Source: Octopus sinensis (lineage: Eukaryota). From it: a stretch of 64,000 nt of DNA. The notes beneath the pieces are model-generated. The model was not told the DNA's origin, did no database searches, and saw only the letters and a program-made list of their open reading frames with translations. The stretch's first letter is position 1, and each line of letters starts with the position of its first letter. Positions 40,106 to 53,357 of the stretch are shown one piece after another. The stretch spans positions 1-64,000 of the forward strand of contig NW_021832433.1 in the NCBI RefSeq assembly GCF_006345805.1. Reading direction: 5' to 3'. The translations under genes and the position numbers were made by a program.

Positions 40106-40533
40106 ATATATATATATATACACGGGAGTGGCTGCGTGGTAAGAAGCTCGTTTCCCAAGCATTTGATTCCAAGTTCACTTCCATTGCGTGACACCTTAAC
40201 CAGCTGTCTTCTACTACACCCTCGGGCTGACCAAAGCCTTGTGATGAATTTGATAGACGGAAACTGAAAGAACCTCGTCTTATATATATACATATATATA
40301 TATAATAGAAATATTAAAATTACTAAGTCTCTCTAAAAGAGATTACGGCAGCGTTCCTGGAAATTAATTGTTATCGCCATATTAATATGGCAGTCTTATA
40401 GACATAAGATTAAAGCTGTCTCTGAATTAGCTCCATGAGGCCATCGCCTTAAGCTAGCTATTTGATACACCAACTGTATCTATTATAACCTTCGAACAAG
40501 GGAGGTCAGCCGCTTCACACTGCCAGTCAGACA

Positions 40534-40576
40534 GCTACAGATGCGTTTCAGGGTATTTGCCCTTTGTCAATGTAGC
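40534..40576 (-). ncRNA. Minimal type I hammerhead ribozyme, U3-A8 variant (AUC triplet copy)
   Basis: Minus strand reads GCUACA-UUGACAA-AGGG CAAAUA CCCU-GAAA-C GC AUC^UGUAGC. Confidence 0.7.
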
Positions 40577-40897
40577 GTAGTCAGACCCAGCAGGTGTCGC
40601 CACTGATCGTCTCTGTTCGAAGGTTTTATTTACCTAGTTTCGGTGGAATACATCCACTTGTTTTCAATAATAGAAATATTAAAATTACAAATCTCTCTAA
40701 AAGAGATTACGGCAGCGTTACTGGAAATTAATTGTTATCGCCATATTAATATGGCAGTCTTATAGACATAAGATTAAAGCTGTCGCTGAATTAGCTCCAT
40801 GAGGCCATCGCCTTAAGCTAGCTATTTGATACACAAACTGTATCCATTATAACCTTCGAACAAGGGAGGTCAGCCGCTTCACACTGCCAGTCAGATA

Positions 40898-40940
40898 GCT
40901 ACAGACGCGTTTCAGGGTATTTGCCCTTTGTCAATGTAGC
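40898..40940 (-). ncRNA. Minimal type I hammerhead ribozyme, U3-A8 variant (GUC triplet copy)
   Basis: Minus strand reads GCUACA-UUGACAA-AGGG CAAAUA CCCU-GAAA-C GC GUC^UGUAGC. It has a perfect 6-bp stem I, a 4-bp stem II, and the palindrome ACGCGU as stem III. Predicted cleavage is between 40904 and 40903. Confidence 0.8.
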
Positions 40941-41191
40941 GTAGTCAGACCCAGCATATATATATGCGTGTGTGTTTGTGTGTCTGTGCTTGTCCCCACC
41001 ACCACCACTTGACACCGCCGTTGATGTGTTTACGTCCCCGTAAATTAACGGTTCGGCAAAAGAAGCCGACAGAATAAGCACTAGGTTAACAAAGAATACA
41101 AAGAATAAGTCCTGGAGTCGATATCTTCGACTAAAAGTAGTGCTCCAGCATGGCCGCTGTCAATATATATATATATACATATATACATACG

Positions 41192-41237
<46 letters not shown>

Positions 41238-41805
41238 TAGAAAACATATGTGTGTGTGTGCGTGTGGTTGGAGTGTGATCTATTTCAATGAAAGATTAAG
41301 TTCGTAGTTTCAATTCTGCAACCGAGAGAGGTGGAATGCATCGTGTTCTGAGTACCACTAGCACGCAAGGCATGAAGCCTTGACGGAGTCGATTCTCCTC
41401 CGAGTGAAGGATGCGTTCTAAATTGGAACCTCTGAACCGCTTATATCACATGGTACGTGTATGTGTGTGTGCGTGCGGATGGGCATGCAAGTGTTTGTGT
41501 GTGAGTATAGATGTGGGTGTATGTGTCAGTGTATAATAATATAAATAATATATAAATATATGCATATATGCATGCATATAGGTTCATACCTACACATATA
41601 TGTATATATATATACATGGGTACAGGACATAAAAAAAAAGGTTGAAGACAATGAGAAACGAAAACATAGAAACGAACTTTTTTTCGAACAACGATATCGG
41701 ACCTGGCCATTTCTGGCGTCTTCCCACTTGATGTGCCTTGATTCAATGGAACCATATAATATTATAAAACATGTATGTATTTCGCGCTAAATATATTATA
41801 TATAT

Positions 41806-41852
<47 letters not shown>

Positions 41853-42352
41853 GTGTGTGTGTGTGTGTGTGTTTCTATGGGTATATGATACGTTTAACTA
41901 TCACGCCTGTAGGATTCTCCACACAGTTTCTATTTCACAGATTCTAGTCGCTAAATAGTTACCTACAGTAATCTACAGTAAACTACAGGGCTCAATAAAC
42001 TACAGTAGGATCGAACATTGAACCACCCAGCTGTGCCCGATATCATTATGGGATATATAGACTCTGTCATAAAGACGACCACGCACACAATTATGTGTGT
42101 GCGTGTGTGTGCGTGTGCATGCATGCGTAGGAAGAAAAATCTATGTTGTGAAATTCATGACATTCCAAGATGAGGATTGTGTCCTTCAAACAAAAAAATC
42201 GAAAATTTGTTACTCAGATTTACCAAATAGGAAGATAAATGTTAATATACAGTCTTAAATCATAGAAAATCCTAAGAGAGGTTTTCGTCTCATATCGTAG
42301 GTTTCAAACACTCAAGTTATGTGGCTCTGTGTGTGCATGTATGTAATGTATG

Positions 42353-42383
<31 letters not shown>

Positions 42384-42803
42384 TGTATGTACGTATGTAT
42401 GTATGTATGTATGTATGTATGTATGTATGTATATATGCATGTATGTATGTAAGAACCTATATTTAAATATATAGGTGTGTGTGTGTGTGTAATTGTACCG
42501 TTACAGGAAATTCATGTGTAGCCATATTCTCACTATAAACATATGCTCGAAGCAGTTTGATAGATTTTTTGGCATTGGCTCTCGAATGACTGTCTTTCCT
42601 TGAGTTTGTTTATAGATGCTTTGTAACTTGTAACATAAAATATACACAAACACGCACACACGCACCAACACACATATATGCATACATATATCAATGTATG
42701 TATACACATACACTTCTGTACGCACACACACATATATATACATGTATATGAGTATATCTAAGCATATGTAGTTATACATCTCTCTCCCCCTCTCTCACTC
42801 TAT

Positions 42804-42842
<39 letters not shown>

Positions 42843-42996
42843 AATATCTATATATATATATATATATATACATGTATATATATATATGTATGTATAAACA
42901 CATAGATATATATTTATACACATTATACATATATGGCTATATATTTACATTATATATTCATTTACATATTAACACACACACACACATACACGCATA

Positions 42997-43027
<31 letters not shown>

Positions 43028-43405
43028 GAATATACATACATAATGTGTGTATACAGATTTGCGAATGTACATACGTACACCCAGGAATATATATTCCATT
43101 TCTATTACACTTTATCCTTGTGTCAATCACTCAAGCTATCAATTATTGAAAATGTACAGCCATATTGTTATTCTTGTTATTAGTTCTTGTTTATTTATTT
43201 ATTTAGTTAGTTACGCTGGCAAACGGTTGAATAAAGTCAACAGAAACTAATAAAAATACGGTAGCAGCTAAAGTCTATAATTACTATATTCAGTTGGGAA
43301 AAAAAGAAACCGGCATGCATCGTATTTTCCTACGATGACGCTGCCAAGAGCACACATATTAGTGTCAGCTGCCTTCACTAGACTTTATTTAGTGAAGGCA
43401 GGAGA

Positions 43406-43450
<45 letters not shown>

Positions 43451-43477
43451 TATACGCACATGTATACACACACACAC

Positions 43478-43527
<50 letters not shown>

Positions 43528-43537
43528 ACACACACAC

Positions 43538-43581
<44 letters not shown>

Positions 43582-44774
43582 TGTATGCATATATATACAT
43601 ATATGTATAGTATATATATAACATATATATATATAGTACACCTACATGCCTATATATGTATATATACATACGTGCATCTATATATACATAGACATATATA
43701 TGTTTGGATATATGTATGCATATATATGTGTATTCATATATATATATATATGTATGCATATATATATGTGTGTATATATGTTTAGAGAGAGAGTCTCATA
43801 TATAGTCTCATATCAGTGGGTTTGCGTATGTATGTATAAATTACATTTAAGACATATATATATATATGTGCGTATACGTATAATTCATACTTTCATACAC
43901 ACACACGTACTTAAATATATATTTTTGCATGCATATGCATGCATTGATACGCATATGCGTTTGTATGTGTGTGTTATTTTTTATTATTCGAAAATATATA
44001 TATACGCATTATATACATTGACATAGCTACAGATGCTTGGATATACGTGTTCGCATCTGTGTACGTATATGCATTCGTATTTACTGATATGCAGATATAC
44101 GTATCTAGAGGTTCAAATATATACACACATACATATACAAATGTCTCTACATAAATGAGGTGCATATAAGCATTTATCTGTTTATATATTTATATGCATA
44201 TATTTGTATACATACACATGTATGGCCGGAAGACTGTATGTGTAACGTTTACTACTCATATATATATATATATTAGTTTATATACCATTAGATATGCATA
44301 TTGTATTATTCATTCTGAAGTTTAGGTAGGGCTGTACCCTGGGGGCTTTCTTTAGCTGCGAGAAACAGGTGAGATTGATGACGTCAACGTTACTCCATAA
44401 CATCTGTAATTTGATGGCTGCGTTTAAACCACGTACAATCTTGGATGGGGAGCAATTGGCCAGAGTCTTTAGAGCGGAACCAGCAGCAGAGTGGACACAA
44501 TATACCAACGTACGCGAAAAAACGATTAGAGATGGATGTGTTGTGTATACTTAAGTGACAGGTGCAGGCAGTATGCCATTTGCGAGGACCAGGATGCCAC
44601 TGGTGTTACGAAAAGAACGATTATCGAGGGGAGGCAATATTCCGTGAGAAATAAGTTGAAGAGTAATTATGAATGCCGTCATTCTTACGAGAGTGTAGAT
44701 TAATATTTTAGATGGAATCTTGCGTGTGTAGAGTGGTGGTGGCCCATTTTGGAAGTTGAACATGTATGTGTGTG

Positions 44775-45220
44775 AGGCGGCGAGCTGGCAGAAGCGTTAG
44801 CACGCCGGGCGAAATGCTTTGCGGTTTATCGTATGCCGCTACGTTCTGAGTTCAAATTCCGCCGAGGTTGACTTTGCATATCACACACACACACACACAC
44901 ACGCACGCACACTGACTCACACTATAATCCACTTATTTCAGTGATCCGAAACTGCGGTCATGCTGGGACCCTGCCTTGAAGCGTCTAATCGAATAAATCA
45001 ACCCAGGACTTATTTCTAAAACCTAGTACTTATTCTATCGGACTCTTTTTGTCGAACTGCTAAGGTACGGGGACCTCAACATACCAACACCGGTGGTCAA
45101 GCGGTGAGGGACACACACACACACACGTATTTACACATATACACGACGGGTTTCTTTTTCAGTTTCACCCAGATCACTGAAGATGAAAACACTTGCCCAA
45201 TATACCATACAGCCACGCCT
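44775..45220. mobile_element. SINE-B head (+, 44775-44878) and internally deleted SINE-A (-, 44940-45220)
   Basis: AGGCGGCGAGCTGGCAGAAGCGTTAGCACGCCGGGCGAAATGC on +, and CTGCGGTCATGCTGGGACC...CTAGTACTTATTCTATCGG...ACAGCCACGCC on -. Confidence 0.8.
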
Positions 45221-45559
45221 CTGTGTGTTTGTGTGTGTGTGTCTACAGATGCGAGTATTAAAAGAGAGGTGACAAGTTAGTTCGAATTAGTAAATCAACA
45301 GCGAAACACACCGCCCGTCTTTTCGCAAGGTATATTTCGAATAAACTATTCGAAATATTCCAGGGTGGAATTTCACGAAAGAAAAAAAAAAAATTAAAGT
45401 TTGTATTACCTGAACGCAAGGCTTTATAAAAGCACAAACTTAGCTAATGTCACATGATGTTACATATGCTACATGTCAGTCACATAACATACCAGCGTTC
45501 TAAATAAAAGTGACTGCTGAAACGTATGTAGTGATACCCCGAAATACCCAGCCGTTTCA

Positions 45560-45600
<41 letters not shown>

Positions 45601-45641
45601 GATATAATATATATATATTATATATTATATATATATGTGTG

Positions 45642-45691
<50 letters not shown>

Positions 45692-45692
45692 G

Positions 45693-45753
<61 letters not shown>

Positions 45754-45932
45754 ATATATATATATATATATGATATTATGTGTGTGTGTGAGGAGAGAGA
45801 GAGAGAGAGATAATAGCAGAAATAAAAATTCCATGAGGGGGGTCACAATTATAATACATCCTATACAATTAGTGCTCCTGCCGCTGGTATATTTCCATCA
45901 GCAACACTGTAACCAATACTATCAAGACCAAA

Positions 45933-45979
<47 letters not shown>

Positions 45980-47600
45980 GCACCACCACTGCCACTACTA
46001 CACTCACCGCGATCTATAACAAACCCACGATTATCATAATCGTCTTTACCAACATTATCATTACAACTATTTAATGTCCAGTCTCACCAAGCACCCCACC
46101 ATCCAACGTCAACGTCGCCGCCGCCGCCATAATCAACGCAAGCCCAACCTCCACACATTACCATCCACTAAGCTAACGTGACCACCAGCATGACCACCAC
46201 CTCCACCATCTCCACCACCACCACCACCACCACCACCACCAACACCACCACCTACAACCACCACAACTGTTATCTTAACTAATACTATCCTATTTCTATC
46301 AACACCACCGTTATCCCGCGACCCCCAGAATGAAGCACGCCACCACTACCATCATCAGCATCACTATCAGCATCACCATCACAACCACCAACCCCCTCAT
46401 CTTCCCTCCCACCTACACTTTTCCATTTTTCACGCCTTGCACACACATCGATTTCAAATTAAATTCTAAAACCTGTATTTACTTATTCATTCATATAAAC
46501 ATTCACTTCTAACACCCCCTCCACCACCATCACCACCACGCTCACCTGCCAACCCAGCCACCCGACTATTTACCTAACCCTCTTTTATATTCACCCGTTT
46601 CTCAACTTCCTCTGAACCTGACAATAATTTAATTCCTCCGCCCGCTTCAGACACTCCCCCCCCCCCCACCACAACCACCACCATCAGCACTACTACAGAA
46701 TTTGCCAAGAACAACATTTATTTCTGACTAACTTCCAATCTCTTCGTACTTTATCAATTCTGTGACAAATTTTCACCGTGTTGCTGTTGAGGCCGCAACA
46801 GTAACACCACCTCCACCACCACCACCACCACATTTATATACATTTAAGCACAAAAGTAGAATTGCTACAGAAGTATCGATCACAAGAGGTCGATAAGGGA
46901 TCTACCTGTTCAACTAAAATACTCCCTAGAGCCAAGCTTCGTTGGGCATCGATAACAAGTCCGTGCTTTAATTACTATTCAAGCTGGAGCTGAAGCAGGA
47001 CATCAACCTGAGCCATATGTGTATCTACCTATTCGTAGTAAGAGACTCTCAGAGAAGAAACCCCTCTCAAGCTAGCGTTTCGGCTCTTTACTTTTTACAG
47101 TTTTAGGGAGCTAGAGCCAACCCAGTTCATGACTCCCGAGTGTCCGTCTTCTGACACTTATTAGCCATTTGGATATCGGAGACTAGCGTCTGTAAACCGC
47201 TTAGAGATTTCATCCAATGACTCCTTGGTAGAAGTGAAACGTCAACGCTATCACGACTCACCTAAAGTTACTTCCCTTAGTGTTAAAATACAGTGTGGCT
47301 GTGTGTGTGTGTGCGTGTGCGTGAGTGTGTGTGCGTGTGTGTGTGTGAACAGTATATAATGTTTTATGAGCGACTAATAGTTTCATGCGAGGAAAGCGAC
47401 TCAGTTATTTTCATCACATGGGGCTATTACTGGCTCGTAAAAAACATGTACTGTGTTTATTAAATAATATTTATCTCTCACCAGATGGAATACTACTTTT
47501 TTTTTATTGATCTTACCATCACAGAACAGTACAATACCACAACACAACACACACAACACACACACACACACACACACAACATACATACATATATTATAAT

Positions 47601-47806
<206 letters not shown>

Positions 47807-47965
47807 GTACACACACCTCATCACCATCATCGTCATAATCATGCTCATCTCCTCCACCCTCTTCTTCTTCCTCCTCCTCCTCATCGTCATCAGCTGTATC
47901 ATCTCCCTCTTTCCCTAGTTCACATCATTCTAACTATCAGAGGATTCTTTCGTAATTACAGCTAG

Positions 47966-48005
<40 letters not shown>

Positions 48006-48098
48006 TATTATTATTATTATTATTATTATGTTGTTGTTGTTGTTATTATTATTGTTATTATTATTATTATTGTTGTTGTTGTTATTATTATTATTATT

Positions 48099-48250
48099 GC
48101 ACGCCGGACGAAATGCTTAACGACATTTCCTCCGTCTTTACGTTCCTTCGAGGTCGATAAAATAAGTACCAATTGAATACGGAGGTCGATGTAATCGACT
48201 CATCCCCTCCCCCTAAATTTCTGCCCTTGTGCCTATAGTAGAAAGGCTTA
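48099..48250 (+). mobile_element. SINE-B (5'-truncated, internally deleted)
   Basis: GCACGCCGGACGAAATGCTTAACG...GAGGTCGATAAAATAAGTACC...GTGCCTATAGTAGAAAGG. Confidence 0.75.
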
Positions 48251-49740
48251 TTATTATTACTAGTAATAATAGTAGTAGTAGCAGCAGCAACAATTACATT
48301 TTGGTACAACTTTCTCTAATCACCTTCCCCTTCCGATCCCATACTACACCTCCACCCTATCGCATTTTACTATGTATTCCTCTTAGCTTCAACCCAGACC
48401 CTTCTTCCGTCTGAACATTTATTTCCGCTTCAAATATATACGGAAAATATATTCGTAAAACGCATTTGCTAAACTGAAGGGTTTAGTAATATGCTCATGC
48501 GCTTATGTATATATGTGTATATATGTGTGTGTGTTTAAATATGTATGCACACATGGATGTATGTGTTATGCTTGTTTATATGCGTTTGTGAAACTTATGC
48601 GTGAGTTTGTGTGTGGGTGCATACCTCTGTGTTTTAAGATGTTTAAACCTAAAATTTAATAAATGTACGACAATAAAAGAGTATTTTCTGTAAAATTTAA
48701 ATTTACTTCAGCGAATTGGCGTTGGAAGGAACGCTAGAACAAATACGCAGTCAGGCGCATGCGCCTGTATGCATGTGTGAGAGTTCGTGAGACGTGACGT
48801 GTGTGTTATTGCGGGTGCTTATGTCAGTGTTATAAACGAATACTATGTGTATGAACTAACTCTTTGCTTGTGCTTATGTAATATGTGTGTGTGAGAGTTA
48901 CCTTAGCAGGTGTGGGTATGTGTGAATGCCTCTACGTGTATGTACAGATTAAAAATGGCGTAGAAAATGAGCCTCTTATGAAAGAACGGTGGGATGATGG
49001 GTGAAGGGAAGATTCATTTTAGAGGAATTATATATTTATACATGGGCAAAACATTAGCACAGGTACTGAGGGGAAACTACAGCAGCAAATCAGTGGAAAT
49101 AAGGCATTCGTGCGCATGCACCTATATTTATATATGAATTAGTGCATCTACATGCTTTTGGTAAGTTTATATTGAGCAAGAGTGTGTATATGTATGTGTA
49201 TGTGTGGATGTATGTTTATGTTTTAAAAGTGGTGTTTGTAAATATGTATGTGATTTAAATGTGGTACTCACAGTTCTATATAAAGAAATGCGGCGTCGGA
49301 GAAATATATTTTCAGTGAAATAAATTTATTTGGGTGAACACGCTAGAGAAAACCTTAAAGTAAATTGGTGCAAGTGTGTATTGTGTATGCACATGTGTTC
49401 CTAAGCGTCTGTATTTCTTTATCTCTCTCTATATATATACGTACAGTTGTGGATGCGCATGTTAGGTACGTGTGTGTCTGCATGAATACATATTTGTGTT
49501 CTGCACTGAACGCCTGTCCGTGCGTCTCTGTGCGTGTAGGTGTATGACTGTTTATGTGGTTTTTATTGTTCGTGTGTGGCCCTGATTTGCTGTCGAAAGC
49601 AAATGTGAAAAAAGAAAGAATATGGTGAACAGAATTAGTGCAATTGTGGTTCTAAAGAAAATCCAATTTATATCTCCTGGCGATTGCCACCATTTTGAAA
49701 AGATAAAACTGTATAAATATATATACATATATGTGTATGA

Positions 49741-49782
<42 letters not shown>

Positions 49783-49964
49783 GTGTGTGTGTGTGTATGT
49801 GTGTGTAAAAATATATGTATAAATATTTTCAGGCAGACATGCAGATAACTGTTGCTGTAGTGTGTTATATTTTGAATTTTTGCTGAAGCATCGTCATCCA
49901 CATCATCCTCATTATTTGTAACAGCATCTCTCTCCTTCTCTCTTCCTCACTCTCTCTTTCATGG

Positions 49965-49998
<34 letters not shown>

Positions 49999-50361
49999 CA
50001 CGCGTGTGCGCTTTCCTGTGAGTATGTGTTCGTTTTTGTACATGTATATTCGTATACATACGCTTCGTGTAATTGTACATATATATGTGCATACACGTTT
50101 ATATATTTATGTATTTATCCGTGTGTATTTAAGTATGTTTGTATCTGTATGCATCTGTGCGTTCCTCCATAAAGAAGAAGACTTTCATTCCATCCTCACT
50201 CGATATCGGTCCAGATCCAAAGTAGATATGGCAAGATTGGAATATCGCCGACCAATATGTAAGGCACGTAATAAAATACGTGAGAACGTCACCTACACAT
50301 TCATAAACACCGATGACGATTTGAAGACAACGGAGAGATGAAACGGTTGTAATATTAGTTT

Positions 50362-50708
50362 TACATTGAGGTACAAGGCCATAAATTTCAGGGGAGAGGG
50401 TACGTCGATTATACCGATCTCAGTGCTTAACTGGTACTTATTTTATCGTCCCCGTAAGGATGAAAGGCAAAGTCGACTTCAGCGGAATTTGGACTCAAAA
50501 CATAAAGACGGACGATTTGGGCCCAAGGCCAGCAGTTTCGGGAGAGGGTATAAGTCTTTTACACCGATCCCAGTGCTCAACTGGTTCTTATTCTATCGAC
50601 CTAGAAATGCTGAAAGACCTCGGAGGAATTTGAACTCGGACCGCAAATACCAACCAAATGCCACTAAGCCTTTCGCTTGGCGTGCTAATGACTCTGCCAG
50701 CTCGCCGC
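50362..50708 (-). mobile_element. Two tandem SINE-B copies
   Basis: AACTGGTACTTATTTTATCG...AAAGGCAAAGTCGAC occurs twice in variant form, and the second copy ends GCTAATGACTCTGCCAGCTCGCCG. Confidence 0.8.
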
Positions 50709-51210
50709 ACTATATATAGCGTGATTCCATAATCCGTATATTTTTATTGGGTGGCACTGTAAAACATGTTTAGCAGGATTTTGGTGATCGTGGCGCTTGA
50801 GAACAGAGTAAAAATACAGAATAACTTATAACTACCATGATACACACTCACACGTAATATATGAGAGATGTACACACGCATTTATGTATATTTGCAGGTA
50901 TGTATGTATGTATGTATGTATGTATGCGAGTATGTATGTATGTATGCATGTATGTATGTATGTATGTATGTATGTATGTATGTATGTATGTATGTATGTA
51001 TGTATGTATGTATGTATGTATGTATGTATGTATGCGAGTGTGTATACGTGTGTGTGATATGAACTTACATCGACAAACATTCACATTTTCAATCAACTAT
51101 CAATTACCATGAGAGAAAAAAGTAAAAAAAAAAGAGTAAAAAAATCGAAAAACGATAGAGAAAATTACTTTCACTCACAAAAAATAATTTTTGTGTGAGA
51201 GCAGTGTGTC

Positions 51211-51250
<40 letters not shown>

Positions 51251-51602
51251 AAGTATGTATATTCATATTTATATATAAATATGTATATAGGTATTTATAT
51301 ATATATATGTATACATACACACGTCATACATATATACATATATTTGTCTGTTTATATGCGTTTGTGCACTCTCGCAAACTCACGTACATACTTATAGACA
51401 CATAAAATACACACACATACACACACGTATTCTTACAAGTGTACATGTTTCTATGTGTACTCAGATATTCGTCTTCGGTTCCCAAAAGATTGTCAGTTCT
51501 TGTAGTGTCTCGTCTGATGGGGAGCAACGGAAAACGTTGAATCTGAAGAACAGTCTGTCTGACTCAACAGAAATAGCAAAGCATAGTGAGTGCATGGGCC
51601 TT

Positions 51603-51637
<35 letters not shown>

Positions 51638-52234
51638 GTGTGTGTGTGTGTGTGTGTGTGTAGCAAACTTCGTTAGCGCAACTCTTTAAAGAAATCTATG
51701 ACGATGAAGCTATCAGTAATATGATTGTACACACACACACATATATATGTATTTTTTATTCGTCCAACTTTGGAATTTATTCACTGACAGTGCTACCTCT
51801 CACCCTTCCTCGCTCCCCATTTCTACACCCACAATTATATTCTCTCACACATTTAGTGACTCGTACACACATTTACACAAACACACATTAAACAGGCACC
51901 TCCTGCCACCTCCCACCTTCCTCATCAATCTCTAACGACAAACATTGTAACCTCCGCACGGAGGTAACTGCTGCTATCAGTTTCGGCTATCGTATTACCC
52001 TTGGGCAAATCGTCACAAGTGTTGTCATAAATCAAGGTCTTAAACTAGTCTTAAATTACGTCATTAGCCGTTTATGATATTTTTACGGTCTTATTTATGG
52101 CTCTACGTTTTGATATTTTCATCGTTGCTATATTTGAGATAGAAATACTACTACCGCCGTCACCACCATCACTACTACTACTAACTAGTATGTTAGTGGT
52201 GATGTTGACGACGATACTATTACTACTACTACTG

Positions 52235-52268
<34 letters not shown>

Positions 52269-53274
52269 CACTTTATTGTCCATCTTTACGTTCTTGTTAC
52301 TGAATGGCACGAGGAACATTCTAGTGAAATTGAAAAATAAGTACCAGCTGAGTAATGGGGTCGATGTAACAAGATTGCTGGCATTGTGCCAAAATTTGAA
52401 ACCATTATTATTATAATTACTATTAATACTTAACTATTATTGTTGCTGCTCAGCAAATATTAGCTTCCACGAGGAAAGAATCTAATACGACTGGAATTTG
52501 GTGCACCAAAACTGTCGGCGCTAACGGGTCCGAACCAACGAGAAAACTACAGCATTCTGAGTAGAGCTGCTAAAAGCACCATGCGAATTCATCCAGAATT
52601 TGAGCCGAACAGGTTTCAATTCTGAGTAGTGGCTGCTGGTCACTTATTTCCCTTTTGTAAGGATATTTACTCAATCTTTTAAGTTGTTTTTACACCTATT
52701 CTGCGTTTGAGATATCCTTTATTTTCAGTAAAATACCAACTCACTCGGCGTTTCTATGTTTGTTTATAAAAAAATGTCCTCCCATTCCAAAAGTTATTAT
52801 TTAGCATTATAAAAGACGGGATTTGTCAGAAGTCGCGTAGATTAATGAGTGCTCATCCGGAATTCGAGAGAAGCAGGTTTCGATTCTTTGAAGCCGTTTC
52901 CTGGTCACCCGAACTTCTAAAATTTTCCTTTATTTTCTGTTATAATGCTTGCTAAAAGAAATATCTAAGTCGACTCCAAATGTTAACAATAAATCGTAAA
53001 CATTGTATAATATAATCCGGCATACCAAATACTTGCGTAGTGTATAATATTTAGAAGAACCAGAGTCGCAGCGAGTTCTAATTTCGGTCTCCTTGTAAGA
53101 GAATTACTCGATCAAAATTGCGTAAGTCTTCCGTTTAGTGTTAAATTGTTTTTATAAAATTTCAACATAAACACACACAGACCGGTAGATGTGGTCATCG
53201 TTGGATTACTTCTGGTATGTCCTTCCGATCAGCACCAAACAACAATGGATTATTTCTCAATGCATAAGCGAAGT

Positions 53275-53349
<75 letters not shown>

Positions 53350-53357
<8 letters not shown>

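Larger units (their letters stand above)
40303..40956 (-). mobile_element. Retrozyme-like tandem element: 1.8 copies of a 364-bp non-coding monomer, one HHR per monomer
   Basis: 40303-40592 is repeated at 40668-40956 (about 97% identical by eye). HHRs lie at 40534-40576 and 40898-40940. The element is flanked by (TA)n and has no meaningful ORF. Confidence 0.85.
40124..41162 (+). mobile_element. SINE-A split in two (head 40124-40280, tail ~40966-41162) by the HHR dimer
   Basis: The head runs GAGTGGCTGCGTGGTAAGAAGCTCG...GACGGAAACTGAAAGAACCTCGTC and the tail runs TGTCTGTGCTTGTCCCCACC...GTGCTCCAGCATGGCCGC. Confidence 0.8.

Noticed and set aside
44278-44763. Non-repetitive 480 bp with short ORFs, considered as a decayed transposase
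   Set aside because: No DDE or other motif could be recognised in any frame.
47205-47255. ATGACTCC...GTGAAACGTC HHR-like string
   Set aside because: The core reads CCAATGA and no stem I can be formed.
50270-50285. TAAGGCACG (miR-124 seed-like)
   Set aside because: It diverges immediately after 9 nt and there is no precursor hairpin.
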